Shown here in pieces: positions 43,184-54,856 of a stretch of DNA of 64,000 bases (position 1 is the first letter of the stretch; every line of letters starts with the position of its first letter). The notes below the pieces were generated by a model. It searched no databases and had not been told where the DNA came from. It was given only the letters and a program-made list of their open reading frames with translations. The position numbers and the translations under genes are program-made. This stretch comes from Perkinsela sp. CCAP 1560/9 (lineage: Eukaryota; Protista; Euglenozoa: Kinetoplastea). The stretch lies in assembly GCA_965644495.1 (NCBI GenBank), contig CBFFSA010000007.1, positions 124,001 to 188,000 on the forward strand. The letters are read 5' to 3'.

Positions 43184-44824
43184 ATGCTCACCTGTGGAAT
43201 ATGTTTTGAAATTATGAAAGACCCTGTCGTGCTGCTCTGCGGCGACGCCTTTTGCGCAACGTGTCTGAGAGGTCACATGGAGCGTCACGCAGGCCCGGAG
43301 GGCGCGCTTTGCTTCATGTGTCACAAAGTCTCCCCCGGAGTTACCGTACAAACCGTCTCACGGTACCGTAGCCCTGAATTAGCCGCGCGTATCCGTGAGC
43401 TGCTGGGCACTGATTCTTCCGAGGCAGCAACGTGCGAGTGGTGCGAGGAGAAGCCCCCGACGCAGTACTGTGCCCTGTGTAACTACGCCCTGTGTGCGGA
43501 GTGCACTGTCGCGGTACATAAGAATAGTGCGAAGCGCAACCACAGCACGTTCTCCCTACAGGATGGACGGAAGCCTACAGGGTCCGCAGGGGGGTGTCAC
43601 AAATGTAACCAGAAAGGTCATGAGGAGTACCGCGCGGAATTCTTTTGTGTACAATGTCAAACCACTGTTTGTGTGTATTGCCTACAAGTGGGTCATCACC
43701 GAGGCCATGAGAATATCTCCGTAGCGGATGCCGCGGCGGATGTGCGTCAGCAGCTATCTCGTCAAGTTGAGGAAGTGATTCAAATCAAGAACTCAATTGA
43801 TGCCGCGGGTAAAGAGCTCAATCGTGTCACTTACCATTATGAAGATACGTATGATCATGTTGAACAAGCTCTAACAGAGCGCTTTGCGTACTACCAGCAA
43901 CAGTTGCTGCGAAAAGAATCTGAAGTGCGCGAGGTGTTACAGGGACTGCGTTCACAAGGAGACCGCGTTATCGCAGAATGTAGAAAAGAAACATTGCTAC
44001 AGATGGATAAATTGAATGAAACTATTGCGCGCGGAAGGCATTTTCAGAGTTCCGCAAGCGACACGGATGTGATTGAAAATCGTGTTGCGTTAAACACATT
44101 TCAAAACTTGGAAGCACCTTGCATCCAAGGTGGTGGCTTCCATTTTAAGGATCCTGGAGAGTTGAATCTTGGCGATGTAGGAGTCAGTCTTGACATATCT
44201 GAAATAGAAAGTGCTAACACAGTTCCGAAATCTTTAAGGGCCCCCGTATCCGCCAAATCAGTATCTTCCGACCCAATGCGCCGTGAAGCAGGTGCAGGAC
44301 GCACGCCAATATACACTGAGAAACCTTCGCATACGTCGGCTGCGTTGCCTAAAGCGAAACTTAGTTTTCCCGAGGATCGTGAAGTAAAAATACACAATTT
44401 ACCCGAAGGTCAACAGTTCGTTTGTTCCGAAACGTTATCGACACCCCAAATTGGAATGAGAGCGAAAGAATCTTTCATGGAAGGTGTGCACTCATGGAGT
44501 GTTCGTATTACCCGTGAGTTTAAAGGTGGAATTGGGCTGGTGTGCCTTGGGGGAACTTCTGAGGCTCAAACAGGGGAAGCATTAGTATGGCGCCCGGCAA
44601 AGCAGCTTGTGGAGGGTCGGTTGGGTGTCCCTACTGAATTAAGTCGCCGACATCCAATTCCTCGATCGGGTGATACATTGCACTTTACATTCGATAGTGA
44701 AAGGCGCGTGCTAAAAGTGGCTCATAACGATACCCCGCGTGGGGTGCTTGTGGAACATGTCCCCGGGTGGGTTGCTCCGTGTCTGATTTTTACGTCTGGA
44801 GATAGTGTCACTGTACTGAACTGA
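43184..44824 (+). CDS. TRIM-like E3 ligase: RING, two B-boxes, coiled coil, SPRY-like domain
   Basis: CGICF..PVVLLCGDAFCATC..CFMC; CEWCEE..CALC..LCAEC..H; CVQC..VCVYC..HRGH; GVHSWSVRI..IGLV..GDTLHFTFD..WVAPCL. Confidence 0.85.
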   Translation: MLTCGICFEIMKDPVVLLCGDAFCATCLRGHMERHAGPEGALCFMCHKVSPGVTVQTVSRYRSPELAARIRELLGTDSSEAATCEWCEEKPPTQYCALCNYALCAECTVAVHKNSAKRNHSTFSLQDGRKPTGSAGGCHKCNQKGHEEYRAEFFCVQCQTTVCVYCLQVGHHRGHENISVADAAADVRQQLSRQVEEVIQIKNSIDAAGKELNRVTYHYEDTYDHVEQALTERFAYYQQQLLRKESEVREVLQGLRSQGDRVIAECRKETLLQMDKLNETIARGRHFQSSASDTDVIENRVALNTFQNLEAPCIQGGGFHFKDPGELNLGDVGVSLDISEIESANTVPKSLRAPVSAKSVSSDPMRREAGAGRTPIYTEKPSHTSAALPKAKLSFPEDREVKIHNLPEGQQFVCSETLSTPQIGMRAKESFMEGVHSWSVRITREFKGGIGLVCLGGTSEAQTGEALVWRPAKQLVEGRLGVPTELSRRHPIPRSGDTLHFTFDSERRVLKVAHNDTPRGVLVEHVPGWVAPCLIFTSGDSVTVLN

Positions 44825-45160
44825 TAAGTACCGGGACGCAGGTCATAAAAGCCATAAAAGTGGGAGAACGAAAACAGGTGCAGTTAAATTGTGTGGTAAT
44901 TATGCATTTCAGTTCTGAATGTACATGCTACAGAGCATGAAGAGAATGAACTGGGGTACGAGCCCAAGCACTGGATAATAAGCAAACAACATGTATGCTC
45001 ATGTATGTAGTTGATCATTCGTAGTGATTCAAGGAAAAGAACGAATACTACCCTTATTGTCATGATTTCTTTGATCGCTGTAAAGATAAGAATTTTGTTC
45101 ATTGACTAAGAATATTGTGTATCAGTACATGTGTACGATTACCTTTTTTATACCTTTCTG

Positions 45161-48100
45161 ATGCATATAAAAACCATCGCTATAGCAGGTTTTAAGTCCT
45201 ATCGCGAGCAAATCTTTGAAACGCCCTTCAGCGCAAAACACAATGTTGTAGTAGGCAAGAATGGGAGTGGAAAATCGAATTTTTTCAATGCGATTCTCTT
45301 TGTTCTTTCAGAAAAATATTCTTCTTTGAGGCAAAGTGAAAGGAAAGACCTTTTGCATGCCACTGCAGGTTCTCCTTCACTAAGTGCGTATGTGGAAATC
45401 ACGTTCGACAATTCGGATGGCCGACTTGTCATTCCTGGCATGGCGGAGGAAAAAGAGATACGCATTCGACGAACTGTAGGTATACAAAAGGATGAATTTC
45501 GTGTAAATGATAAGGCAATATCGGCTCAAGATGTAAGACAACTCCTTGAAAGTGCTGGTTTTTCCTCTGCAAATCCCTACTACGTAGTAGAACAAGGTCG
45601 AATTGTTCGGCTAACCAATATGGGTGATACAGAGAGATTGGAACTTCTGAAAGAGGTGGCAGGAACCAAGGTATACGAAGATCGTCGCATTGAATCTATG
45701 CACATCCTTGAGGAAGCCAAAGAAAAGAGAGAAAAAATAGATGAAACTATCCTAAAAGTCGAATCGCGGCTAAAGGAGGTTGAATCCGAAAGAGATGAAT
45801 GGAGAACCTTTCAAGCGTTGGAGCAGAGGAGAAAAGCACTGGAGTATAGCTTATATGCCAAGGAAAGCAAAAAAGTGGACCTTGAGCTTGAGGATCTTGA
45901 AAACAGCAAACGCGACTTAACAACTTCCCATGATGCTCAATTAGAAAAAACTAAAGAGCTGCAGAAACAAATGCAGGAAGCAGAAAGAGAAGTTTCGAAA
46001 GCATCACGTGCGTTAACTGCCCTTGACGAAGAAAAACTGTCTCTTGAAACTGAGCGATTGAAGTTAGTTAAGCTCCTTGCTGAACTGCAATTGTCTTCAA
46101 AGCATGCAACAAACACGGTTTCTGCCTCAGATTCTGAACTCGCAACTTTGAAGCGAGAACTCAAAAGCACCGCAGTTTCTATCGAAAAAACTAAAAAGGA
46201 ACTTGATGCCAAGTCGAAGATACTGGAAAATCATATGTCACATACCGGAAAAGAAGAAGGCAGCTTAATTCAACGTGAATCCCGTTTATTTCAACTTCAA
46301 ACGAAGAGAGGACGACAAAGGCTATTCCATTCTAAGACAGAACGCGACAAATGGCTACATGACGAGATTCTCAAAACTGAAAAGTTACTTAAAGAGCATG
46401 AAAAAGAATTCAAATCGCTTCTGGAAGAAGAAAAACGACTAGAAACTGAATTAAGTGAGGAAATGGGTCTTGTTGAGAAACAGAAGACATCAATAGAAAA
46501 ACAAGAGACAATCGCATCGAAAACGGAAACATTGGCACTGGAAGCCATTAAAAGTCGAGATTCTTTTCACAACGAGCGAAGGATCCTTTTTCAAAAAATT
46601 CACGATGCGGAGAAGAAACTACGTGCGCAACGAGACGATCAAGAGAGAGCCCAGCATCTGCTGAATAAAACGTTTTCAAGTCACGAAATTCGTCAAGGCT
46701 TGGCTAGTATGCAGGAGTCCTTGAATGAAATTGGTGAGAAGAAGCTCAAGTCATCCGTTCACGGCTCCGTTATGGAGCTTTTTTTATGCGATCAGCGTTT
46801 CTATACTGCCGTTGAGACAACTGGGGGGAATGCTCTGCTGAGCGTCGTCGTTGATACATTCGAAGATGGTGCAAAAATTCTTGCGCACATGAACAAACAC
46901 AATAAACCTGGACGTGTCACGTTTCTTCCACTAGATACTTGCCGAGGAAAAAAGAAGGATCTGCCACACACAAGTGACGTGGTTCCTCTCATAGACCAAC
47001 TTCGATTCAAAGAAAAGCACCAGGTAATCTTTGCGGAGCTATTTGGTCGCACGGCGTTAGCTTCATCCTTGGATTCTGCTGCTACAGCCTCCAAGCAATA
47101 CAATTGTGACGCAGTGACTTTAGATGGAGACCAAGTCAATAGAAAAGGAGGTATCCAAGGAGGATATCGGGTCACGACGTCCAGGTTGCAAGCCCATGCA
47201 GACTTAATCAGCTTAAAAGCGGACTGTGAGCGCAGCACTTCCACTCTCCACGAACTTCGTCAGAGTTTAGCCACTCTTGAAAAGAAAATCGCGTCACAAC
47301 TACACGACTCAGAAGCCGCCTCAGAGAAAAGTGAGACTATGGTTGAAGAAATAAGAAATGCTCACCGTGAAAAACGTCGGGTGTATGAACATATTACCCG
47401 TAATCAACAACAACTACTCCGTACAAGAGAAGCAATTGGTACAACTAACAGTTCATTAGCAGACGTGAAGGGGAAAGTTATTACCTTTCGAGCTGAGTTA
47501 AAGGAAGATTTTCAATCCCGCATGGGTGATGACGACGAGAAGGAGCTTGACCAACTCATGAGTCAAGTTAGTGAACAAAAGAAGCAAGTGTCCAATGAAA
47601 AGCAAAAAACTGCTACACTTTCAACAGAGGTACAAGTGTTAGAAGATACGTTAAATTCTTTGCGCAAACAATTGGATTCGGTACAGGACCGAAGTACGTG
47701 TTTACAGCATACCTCAGAGCGAACCAAGAATCATCGGATCAACTCAGAGCTCGGTTCCGTCGAAGTGGAGGTACGTGATATTACAAACCGAATTGTCAAT
47801 GTTGAGAATGAAATCGCAGATCTTACTAAAAGGAAACAGGAAAATGAAAAGATATTTCAAGAAAAAAATTCCAACGAATTACAATACACTCGCGAAATGC
47901 AATCCGGAGGCGAAGATTTCGATAAATATATTACCAAGAAGGCTTTACTAGGCCAACAATTTGATGAGCTGAAGTTCAAGTTGGAACGAGTAGGTGTCAT
48001 TCCGAGCAACCTATCAGAGTATGATGCAATGAGCGAAACAACTATTAGAACCGAGCTTAAGAAGTGTTCCGAAAAGTTACGATCCTTTACCCACGTTAAT

Positions 48101-48769
48101 CGCAAAGCATTGGAGCAGTATACTCAATTGGAAGAAAATTTTAACGAGCTAGTAGAAAAACGAGCTGTTACTGAAAGAGAGCTTACTTCAATCCGAGAAA
48201 TGATGCTTAAACTTGATGCACAGAAGGACGAGACTATTGAGCGAACGGTGAAGCAAGTGCAGTTTCAGTTTGAGAAGGTCTTTTTGGAACTTGTAACAGC
48301 AAAAGGAGCATCAGCTGAATTACAACTGTTGCGATCAAAGGAATCACCAGGTAAAACTGGTGTGGAAGGATACTCTGGTATTCGCATTCGTATAAGCTTT
48401 GGACTCGGCACACCGGTGTCAGAATTAGCGCAACTTTCCGGAGGACAAAAGTCTCTCGTTGCTTTGTCTCTTATATTCGCGATTCAGAGGTGTGATCCGG
48501 CTCCGTTCTATTTATTCGATGAAATTGATGCTGCCTTGGACGAGGCATACCGTAGCAGCGTCGCGCAAATGATCAAGCGGCAATGCGAGGGCGCTCAATT
48601 CATTACGGCTACATTCAAACAGGAGATGCTTGACGTGGCTGATAAGGTTTATGGCATCGTTTTTCGCAATCGCGTGAGCAGAATCCAAGAAATTACTCAC
48701 GAAGAGGGGTCGGCGCTTTTACGCAAGGCAGCGCAGGAACGGCAGGACAGCACTAAAGAGAAGACGTAA
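45161..48769 (+). CDS. SMC3: cohesin subunit SMC3
   Basis: GFKSY, VVGKNGSGKSNFF, hinge, LSGGQKSLVALSLIFAIQRCDPAPFYLFDEIDAALD. Confidence 0.98.
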   Translation: MHIKTIAIAGFKSYREQIFETPFSAKHNVVVGKNGSGKSNFFNAILFVLSEKYSSLRQSERKDLLHATAGSPSLSAYVEITFDNSDGRLVIPGMAEEKEIRIRRTVGIQKDEFRVNDKAISAQDVRQLLESAGFSSANPYYVVEQGRIVRLTNMGDTERLELLKEVAGTKVYEDRRIESMHILEEAKEKREKIDETILKVESRLKEVESERDEWRTFQALEQRRKALEYSLYAKESKKVDLELEDLENSKRDLTTSHDAQLEKTKELQKQMQEAEREVSKASRALTALDEEKLSLETERLKLVKLLAELQLSSKHATNTVSASDSELATLKRELKSTAVSIEKTKKELDAKSKILENHMSHTGKEEGSLIQRESRLFQLQTKRGRQRLFHSKTERDKWLHDEILKTEKLLKEHEKEFKSLLEEEKRLETELSEEMGLVEKQKTSIEKQETIASKTETLALEAIKSRDSFHNERRILFQKIHDAEKKLRAQRDDQERAQHLLNKTFSSHEIRQGLASMQESLNEIGEKKLKSSVHGSVMELFLCDQRFYTAVETTGGNALLSVVVDTFEDGAKILAHMNKHNKPGRVTFLPLDTCRGKKKDLPHTSDVVPLIDQLRFKEKHQVIFAELFGRTALASSLDSAATASKQYNCDAVTLDGDQVNRKGGIQGGYRVTTSRLQAHADLISLKADCERSTSTLHELRQSLATLEKKIASQLHDSEAASEKSETMVEEIRNAHREKRRVYEHITRNQQQLLRTREAIGTTNSSLADVKGKVITFRAELKEDFQSRMGDDDEKELDQLMSQVSEQKKQVSNEKQKTATLSTEVQVLEDTLNSLRKQLDSVQDRSTCLQHTSERTKNHRINSELGSVEVEVRDITNRIVNVENEIADLTKRKQENEKIFQEKNSNELQYTREMQSGGEDFDKYITKKALLGQQFDELKFKLERVGVIPSNLSEYDAMSETTIRTELKKCSEKLRSFTHVNRKALEQYTQLEENFNELVEKRAVTERELTSIREMMLKLDAQKDETIERTVKQVQFQFEKVFLELVTAKGASAELQLLRSKESPGKTGVEGYSGIRIRISFGLGTPVSELAQLSGGQKSLVALSLIFAIQRCDPAPFYLFDEIDAALDEAYRSSVAQMIKRQCEGAQFITATFKQEMLDVADKVYGIVFRNRVSRIQEITHEEGSALLRKAAQERQDSTKEKT

Positions 48770-49323
48770 AGACCGCTTCTTCAATTGCGCGAATAGCAAA
48801 TTTTGGACTTTTAGTCGAGCAAAATTTATAGTCAGGATTTACTATTATTATCTTTTCAGACATCAATATTGCTTTGTACCTTTGTACGATTCGTACGATA
48901 TCGTACCCTTGTACGATTCGTGTGTCGTTATTAAATATAGTGATAACATGCGCTGTATATGTATGTGTTGGGATGGGTTGCCTGCATACGCGTTCACGTT
49001 ATGTATAAAGTGCACATACATTTCTAAGACCTTTTGCTTTGCAATATAGGCTTCACGAATTCAAAATCAATGAACTTTAGATAATTCAATAGACAACAAT
49101 GTTATCTCATTTTCCAATGGCTTTATGTCAATCACTGCAAATGTTTTAGTAGTATCATTGGGTCAATTGGGATACCACAGAGTTCCGGCACAGTAAACAT
49201 CTTCATTTGTTTTGTTTAACCATTTGACATAATTGATTGTGTGCTTCTATGATTTGAGCACTATGCAGTGTTTTTCTCATTGTAATTTTACTTTCCTACA
49301 GTATTGGGCTACCATTTTTGAAC

Positions 49324-51639
49324 ATGTGCTGCGCAAAAAGAACCACCTCCGTTACTGTAGTGGAGTATCTGTTATTTGTTATCGCCTGCGTAATTTGCAC
49401 TAATACCAAGCTTTATCCCGCTGCATACATTGACTCCCTAGATGTAGAATCCTTTGTACCCGATGACGGTAGCGACTTTCACGCTGGCACAGTGAACAAA
49501 CGAAGCAGGCACCAGTCTAAGGTAAAGCTTATTGGTATTCACCTTAATGCTTCGGCACCTGATGATACAATTCAGACACCGGCAACATTGAGTACGGAGT
49601 TGAATCAAGTATTTGAAAACGCAATTCGCCTTCTTTTTGCGAATACATCAACCTCAACATCTGTCCGGCTATGCGCATCAGCACATTGTGAGGAGCAAAG
49701 AATCGAAATCGGTGGCACAGACTCCGTCATAAATGCTGCGCCACATGCAAGTATTCCCCCCCTTCGCGCGGACCAAGTGATTAACGCAATCGACCTTCTC
49801 CAAAAATGTGCAGATCAAGGCCACTCCACTGCCCAATTTCTCCTGGGAGTGGCCCACAGCTTTGGAATCGCCACTCCTCTTTCCCCAGCAAAAGCCGTAA
49901 CCTACCACACCTTCTCCGCTCGCGACCACAACACCCTTGGGGCCCTAGCCATGGCTCTTCGTCACGACATTGGGCTCCACGTACCGCCAAGTTGCGTGTC
50001 CAGTCACCGGGAGTACCACCGGGTGGCTCGTTCCCTTATCCACGGCCGCCCCTACCCCACCCCCCGGGCGGTCGTCCGGCAGCAGCGTCTCGGTCACCAC
50101 CTCGAGGGCTACGCCACAAGTCTTCTGGGGCTCGACGGCACCGAGCTCCTCCCCTCCGCGACCGATGCCGACTTCCTGGCCTACCATCACCAGGCGGCGA
50201 AAAACGGGGAGGAGAAATCCATGATGAGTCTGGGCCTGATTTATGTGTTTGGGCTGCACGGGGCCGCGCAGAATGGGGAGCGCGCGGTGACCTACTTTGC
50301 GCAGGCCGCCCAGGAGGACTACACACCGGCGTATGGTGCGCTGGGTCAGGTTTATCTCTATGGCGTGGAGTCCGTATGTGGGGCTGTCGCACGAAATGCG
50401 ACGCTCGCGAAACAGTATTTCGTGCTGGGCGCGGAGGAAAAGGACCCCATGTCGCTCGCAGGGTTGGGATATTTAGAGCTTCATCCGGAGTTGTTTGGTG
50501 AAAGGCCAGAGGTGTCACCAAATTTGAAAAATCATAGTTACGCTCGTCGAATGTTTTCAAAGGCGGCTGACCTTGGTAGCGCTGAGGCGATGTACAATCT
50601 TGCAATAATGCATTTGGAAGGGGCAGGGGGTTCCACACCACGACCTGAAAGGGCGATGGAATTGCTCTTACGAGCAACACAAAGAAAACACGCACCAGCA
50701 ATGTATAAATTGGCGCAATTGTCGGGTGCAAAGCCCGACCTTAGCCCTGGAGAATGTATCTTCTCGCGCGAATTGTTTAAGACGGTAGCCTCCCAACATG
50801 ATGTGCTTGAAATGATGGAAGATGCTCATCAAGCATTTCTATGTGGTGATCACACTAGAGCCCTGTTGAGGTATCTTATCTTATCCGAATTAGGATACGA
50901 TGTGGCCCATATGAATGCGGCGTACATTCTAGAGGATAGGATCAGTAATGCGGACTTGGGGATTCTTTTTAGTACACCCTTGCCCAGGGTTGAGCCTCTC
51001 GCTGGAGTAATAGAGAGGGATTCACATAATTCGAACGCTAAACAGCAGCAGCAAACGAACTATAGGCATACACTTTTACACATTCTTCTCCAAAGATCCG
51101 CAAAACAAGGAAATACCGCAGCTATTCTACGTCTTGGTGATTTGTACTTTCGTGGCGAAGGTTGCGAAACTAATTATAGAATCGCTGAAAATTTCTACGA
51201 GGAAGCTTCCCGCCATCATAATGCCGAGGCTGCGTACAATCTCGGGTACATGCATCACTATGGCATCGGCACTACTCGAGATGCACACTTGGCTAAGAGA
51301 TATTATAATTTGGCTGCGAATTATGATCCTGCCATGAAGTTTCCAATGTATTCAGTGGTAGCGTGGCTACACGTTGAAGAATGGTGGAAGCATCCGTGGG
51401 CAGGTTTTCCATCACTAGATGAGCCTGCACACCTTCAGAACGTGTCTACAGTTTTTAATGCAGAATCAAACTTGTTATCTGATGAGGACAAACGCATCAA
51501 GAGTAAGGATTTGTTCTCACAGTATTATGACACACTGATGAATTGTTTTGCCGTAGAGAACCTCGAAATTCTGGAAACAGCAACCCTTTATTTTCTGATC
51601 ACAACACTTATGTTTTTGCTGTATGTAAAGTCAAGATAG
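49324..51639 (+). CDS. SEL1L: SEL1L/Hrd3-like ERAD component
   Basis: Signal-like N-terminus, many Sel1 repeats, AYNLGYMHHYGIG..RDAHLAKRYY, hydrophobic C-terminus. Confidence 0.88.
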   Translation: MCCAKRTTSVTVVEYLLFVIACVICTNTKLYPAAYIDSLDVESFVPDDGSDFHAGTVNKRSRHQSKVKLIGIHLNASAPDDTIQTPATLSTELNQVFENAIRLLFANTSTSTSVRLCASAHCEEQRIEIGGTDSVINAAPHASIPPLRADQVINAIDLLQKCADQGHSTAQFLLGVAHSFGIATPLSPAKAVTYHTFSARDHNTLGALAMALRHDIGLHVPPSCVSSHREYHRVARSLIHGRPYPTPRAVVRQQRLGHHLEGYATSLLGLDGTELLPSATDADFLAYHHQAAKNGEEKSMMSLGLIYVFGLHGAAQNGERAVTYFAQAAQEDYTPAYGALGQVYLYGVESVCGAVARNATLAKQYFVLGAEEKDPMSLAGLGYLELHPELFGERPEVSPNLKNHSYARRMFSKAADLGSAEAMYNLAIMHLEGAGGSTPRPERAMELLLRATQRKHAPAMYKLAQLSGAKPDLSPGECIFSRELFKTVASQHDVLEMMEDAHQAFLCGDHTRALLRYLILSELGYDVAHMNAAYILEDRISNADLGILFSTPLPRVEPLAGVIERDSHNSNAKQQQQTNYRHTLLHILLQRSAKQGNTAAILRLGDLYFRGEGCETNYRIAENFYEEASRHHNAEAAYNLGYMHHYGIGTTRDAHLAKRYYNLAANYDPAMKFPMYSVVAWLHVEEWWKHPWAGFPSLDEPAHLQNVSTVFNAESNLLSDEDKRIKSKDLFSQYYDTLMNCFAVENLEILETATLYFLITTLMFLLYVKSR

Positions 51640-52000
51640 CGATCTACCTATGAGGTACGATTAGGTCCTAATCGTCGAATTTTTATCACTTCGAAAATGA
51701 CGTTCTTGTAGCTTTTATCGCATCCCCCCTATATCGTTATGATAACGATATAGTACGTTAGAGAGAAGTTATCCTTAACAAATGAAACGTGTTTGTTTTG
51801 AAAGCTTTGCTACTTTCCTTTGTATAAATGGTATAGTACATTTTAACGAATATTTCAAATGATTTTGATTTGAAAACGTTCAGGAATTCATCCTTTCTTG
51901 CCTTTCTTTAATACCTTAACCACATACACTTACATTAGTAAACGAAATTTAGAGACTTACTACAAAGATAAAGTCTTTTTGATCAAATCGTCTATTAAAA

Positions 52001-54079
52001 ATGAGTGTCCCACTTCTACACAACCCATTTCGAGACCAAAACGCACCGAACAGCGCGATCACATCCGATTCTTCATCGATATCGGAGAGATTTAATTCAG
52101 ACAATGTAAAAGAATCTCAAAGGCCGTGGAATACCGAGAGCAGGTCTTCGTTTCATCACCATTTAAAGAACATTTCCCCTGACCTATACCAAAAATTGAA
52201 TCCTGGTTCTCATGTTCAAGATACGAACTTTAGAGCTCCTGAAAAGAACCAGATATCCGCCAGTAAGGATGAAAACGTTACACAGAAAGCTGACTCTGCT
52301 CCAGATAGTTCCTCTGATGGATCGCAAGCAGTTCCACTTTTTCACCGCTTTGCAACGGGAATTGGCACGAATTTGGGAGAATCTCTGGGTATTTCCCATA
52401 CTACACTACTACAAAAAAAGTTACAAAACTTCTTTGACGCTTTTACGCCTTCCAATGCCCCAGAATCAAAACTTAGGAAAGATGAGTGTCCTGTTCCTGG
52501 ATTTACGCCACCGATCCCTTTGTCTGCATCCGAGCAGAGAAAAGAGATGCTTCGCCTCTATAAGGTAGTAAATACTAAAGCTGCCCAACAAGCTATGCGC
52601 AAGTCGGAAGTTGAGTTAGAGTATCATCAAGCGTGCGCATCTCAAGCGGAATTGCGTCAAATTCTTCATGACCTACAAAAAGATCATGATACCATGGACG
52701 CTGATTTAGTAAAATGGGAACAGCAAGCTAATCGATGTTCTGCATTGTCACAGGAACAAGAAAAGCTGAAGCAAACTTTCCGAGATTTGGAGTTACAAAG
52801 AAAAGAGTTTGATGCATCGTTTGCTTCTCGAACCAAGCAGTGCGAAACGGAACTTGAAAGTCTACGATCAATATTGACAATGTTAAGCGCCCAGGTGTCT
52901 GAAAAGGATGTAGACCTCGAAGCCCTCAGGACTGATGTCGGCGTCGCAGAGGAAGGAAGCGTGCGCTTGTCATCGTTGGATACGGCTACTGAGACCATGG
53001 AGAAGGAGCTTCAATCTTTACAAATTGATGTTGATATCATTAAACAACGTTACACACATGAATTAGAGGCTTCAGAAAGCGAAAATGAAAGCTTTCGTTC
53101 GCTTACGCAAGAATTGGAACAAGAAGTTTCGAGATCCCGCAAGATGAGGGCTGGTGTTGAACATCTCATACAAAAAGTGGATTCTGTCCCGGAAACGACG
53201 ATTTCAAATTTGAACAACTATGTAGCGTTTTCAAAACAAGCATTCGCGGAAGCGAATACTATAATTTCGGACTGTAAAGACGCAATTCAATCGGTTTCTA
53301 AGGAGACAAGTGCTGTTCATGAACTAATGTTTCCTGCGGATGTTGCAATAGAAAAGTTCGCCGAGAAATTGAAAGTAAGAGACCAGTCTCACTCCAGATT
53401 TCTAGGAAAAATCCAAGCACCCGTAAATCCAAACATCAGGAAAAATCAACAATTGATTACCACTGAACATATTGCGTCACATTCTGCTTCACCGGACTTA
53501 GCAACGGATACTTCAATGCATCTTTCTCTAGATCCCGATAGTGAAAGAAAGGCTCTGTTCGGTGAGCTTTCCCAAGAACTGGGCAATTCTTCTGTTTTTC
53601 AGTCAGTTGTTCTTTATGAGGCCGAAGAAAACACTTTGCGCGGTGAAACTGAAGGGAGGAAAATTAACGAGCAGAACACAACCTCTACGTCGCATTTGTT
53701 GTTAAAGAATGGAACGGGGGAGATGCACCTTGATGATAATACTGCTCCAAATGAATATGTTACGAATATAATGGAAACTTCAACCTTTTTTGAGCTTCCT
53801 TCCACAACTCCGTCCGATGTGCTGCCTTCATTTCCACCAGGATTGAATTTACCTTTCAATGACTCGTTACCCTCGCAGGTATCCGAATATTGCGCTGGAA
53901 AGACGATGTCTCAAGTGAAAAACGTAACACAAGCTTCTAGCAGCGAAGCAGAATTTGACCCGGATCGTACCATTTTATTCGTGGAAGACGATCATCCACA
54001 AAATAAGAACTCTCGTGATGAGAATAGTACGAGCGAGTTTCCCATGTCGAACAAACGTTGGAAATTTGACTACAAATAA
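52001..54079 (+). CDS. coiled-coil protein with disordered ends, unknown
   Basis: 692-aa ORF with central heptad-rich region. Confidence 0.75.
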   Translation: MSVPLLHNPFRDQNAPNSAITSDSSSISERFNSDNVKESQRPWNTESRSSFHHHLKNISPDLYQKLNPGSHVQDTNFRAPEKNQISASKDENVTQKADSAPDSSSDGSQAVPLFHRFATGIGTNLGESLGISHTTLLQKKLQNFFDAFTPSNAPESKLRKDECPVPGFTPPIPLSASEQRKEMLRLYKVVNTKAAQQAMRKSEVELEYHQACASQAELRQILHDLQKDHDTMDADLVKWEQQANRCSALSQEQEKLKQTFRDLELQRKEFDASFASRTKQCETELESLRSILTMLSAQVSEKDVDLEALRTDVGVAEEGSVRLSSLDTATETMEKELQSLQIDVDIIKQRYTHELEASESENESFRSLTQELEQEVSRSRKMRAGVEHLIQKVDSVPETTISNLNNYVAFSKQAFAEANTIISDCKDAIQSVSKETSAVHELMFPADVAIEKFAEKLKVRDQSHSRFLGKIQAPVNPNIRKNQQLITTEHIASHSASPDLATDTSMHLSLDPDSERKALFGELSQELGNSSVFQSVVLYEAEENTLRGETEGRKINEQNTTSTSHLLLKNGTGEMHLDDNTAPNEYVTNIMETSTFFELPSTTPSDVLPSFPPGLNLPFNDSLPSQVSEYCAGKTMSQVKNVTQASSSEAEFDPDRTILFVEDDHPQNKNSRDENSTSEFPMSNKRWKFDYK

Positions 54080-54856
54080 AAAGGCCGCATGTACATGTGC
54101 TGTGACCTGTTGCTACGCCTTAGTGCCGCCAAAAAAGTGGAAAACTATTCTTTCAATAAGTTACTTACTGTGCCCCGAATGAAGCCTTAGGTAGAGCTAG
54201 AATAAGTGAAGAGTTCTGGACGAACGTCGAAGAAAGTGTTTTTCTAGTTTTTGAATAGTTCAGATCAGTAAGTACAACTCATGCTTTTTTCTGTGCTGCC
54301 CACTAGTGATGCATTTCTTTTTGTCATTATTTTCTGAAAGTAACCTTAATATCATCAAAAGTATATTTTCGTTTCTTTTAATGAACAAAGTAAAGAAATT
54401 GTTTCCTTTTTTTCATTCAAAGATTCTCTTGATTCAAACCATGTAGATTTTCATATTCTCTTTATTCGAACGTTAGTCGTATCCTCAATTTTTGGCACCG
54501 AGCGCGTATGGACTGACCAGGAACTTGTATTTTAGAAAAATTTCATAAATATCTTACTGTATAGAGAACTACTATAACTTCGACTTCATACTTTGTGAAT
54601 ATCATAGGACACTGTAAATGAGAGTCCTAGAATGCGTACGGTTAGAAATCAGAAAAGAATTTTATTTTTGCATTTACTTCTTATAACAAACTCTGTTCTT
54701 CATCGATGCATCACATTTCCGAGATTTCACACACTTTTTTCTTTTCTCTCCACAAAAAAGAACATCTCATTTCATCACTACCACCCCTTCTACCACCCCA
54801 TCACTACCACCCCATCACTTCCACCCCTTCTCCATGACCCTCTAATCCCCACTACC

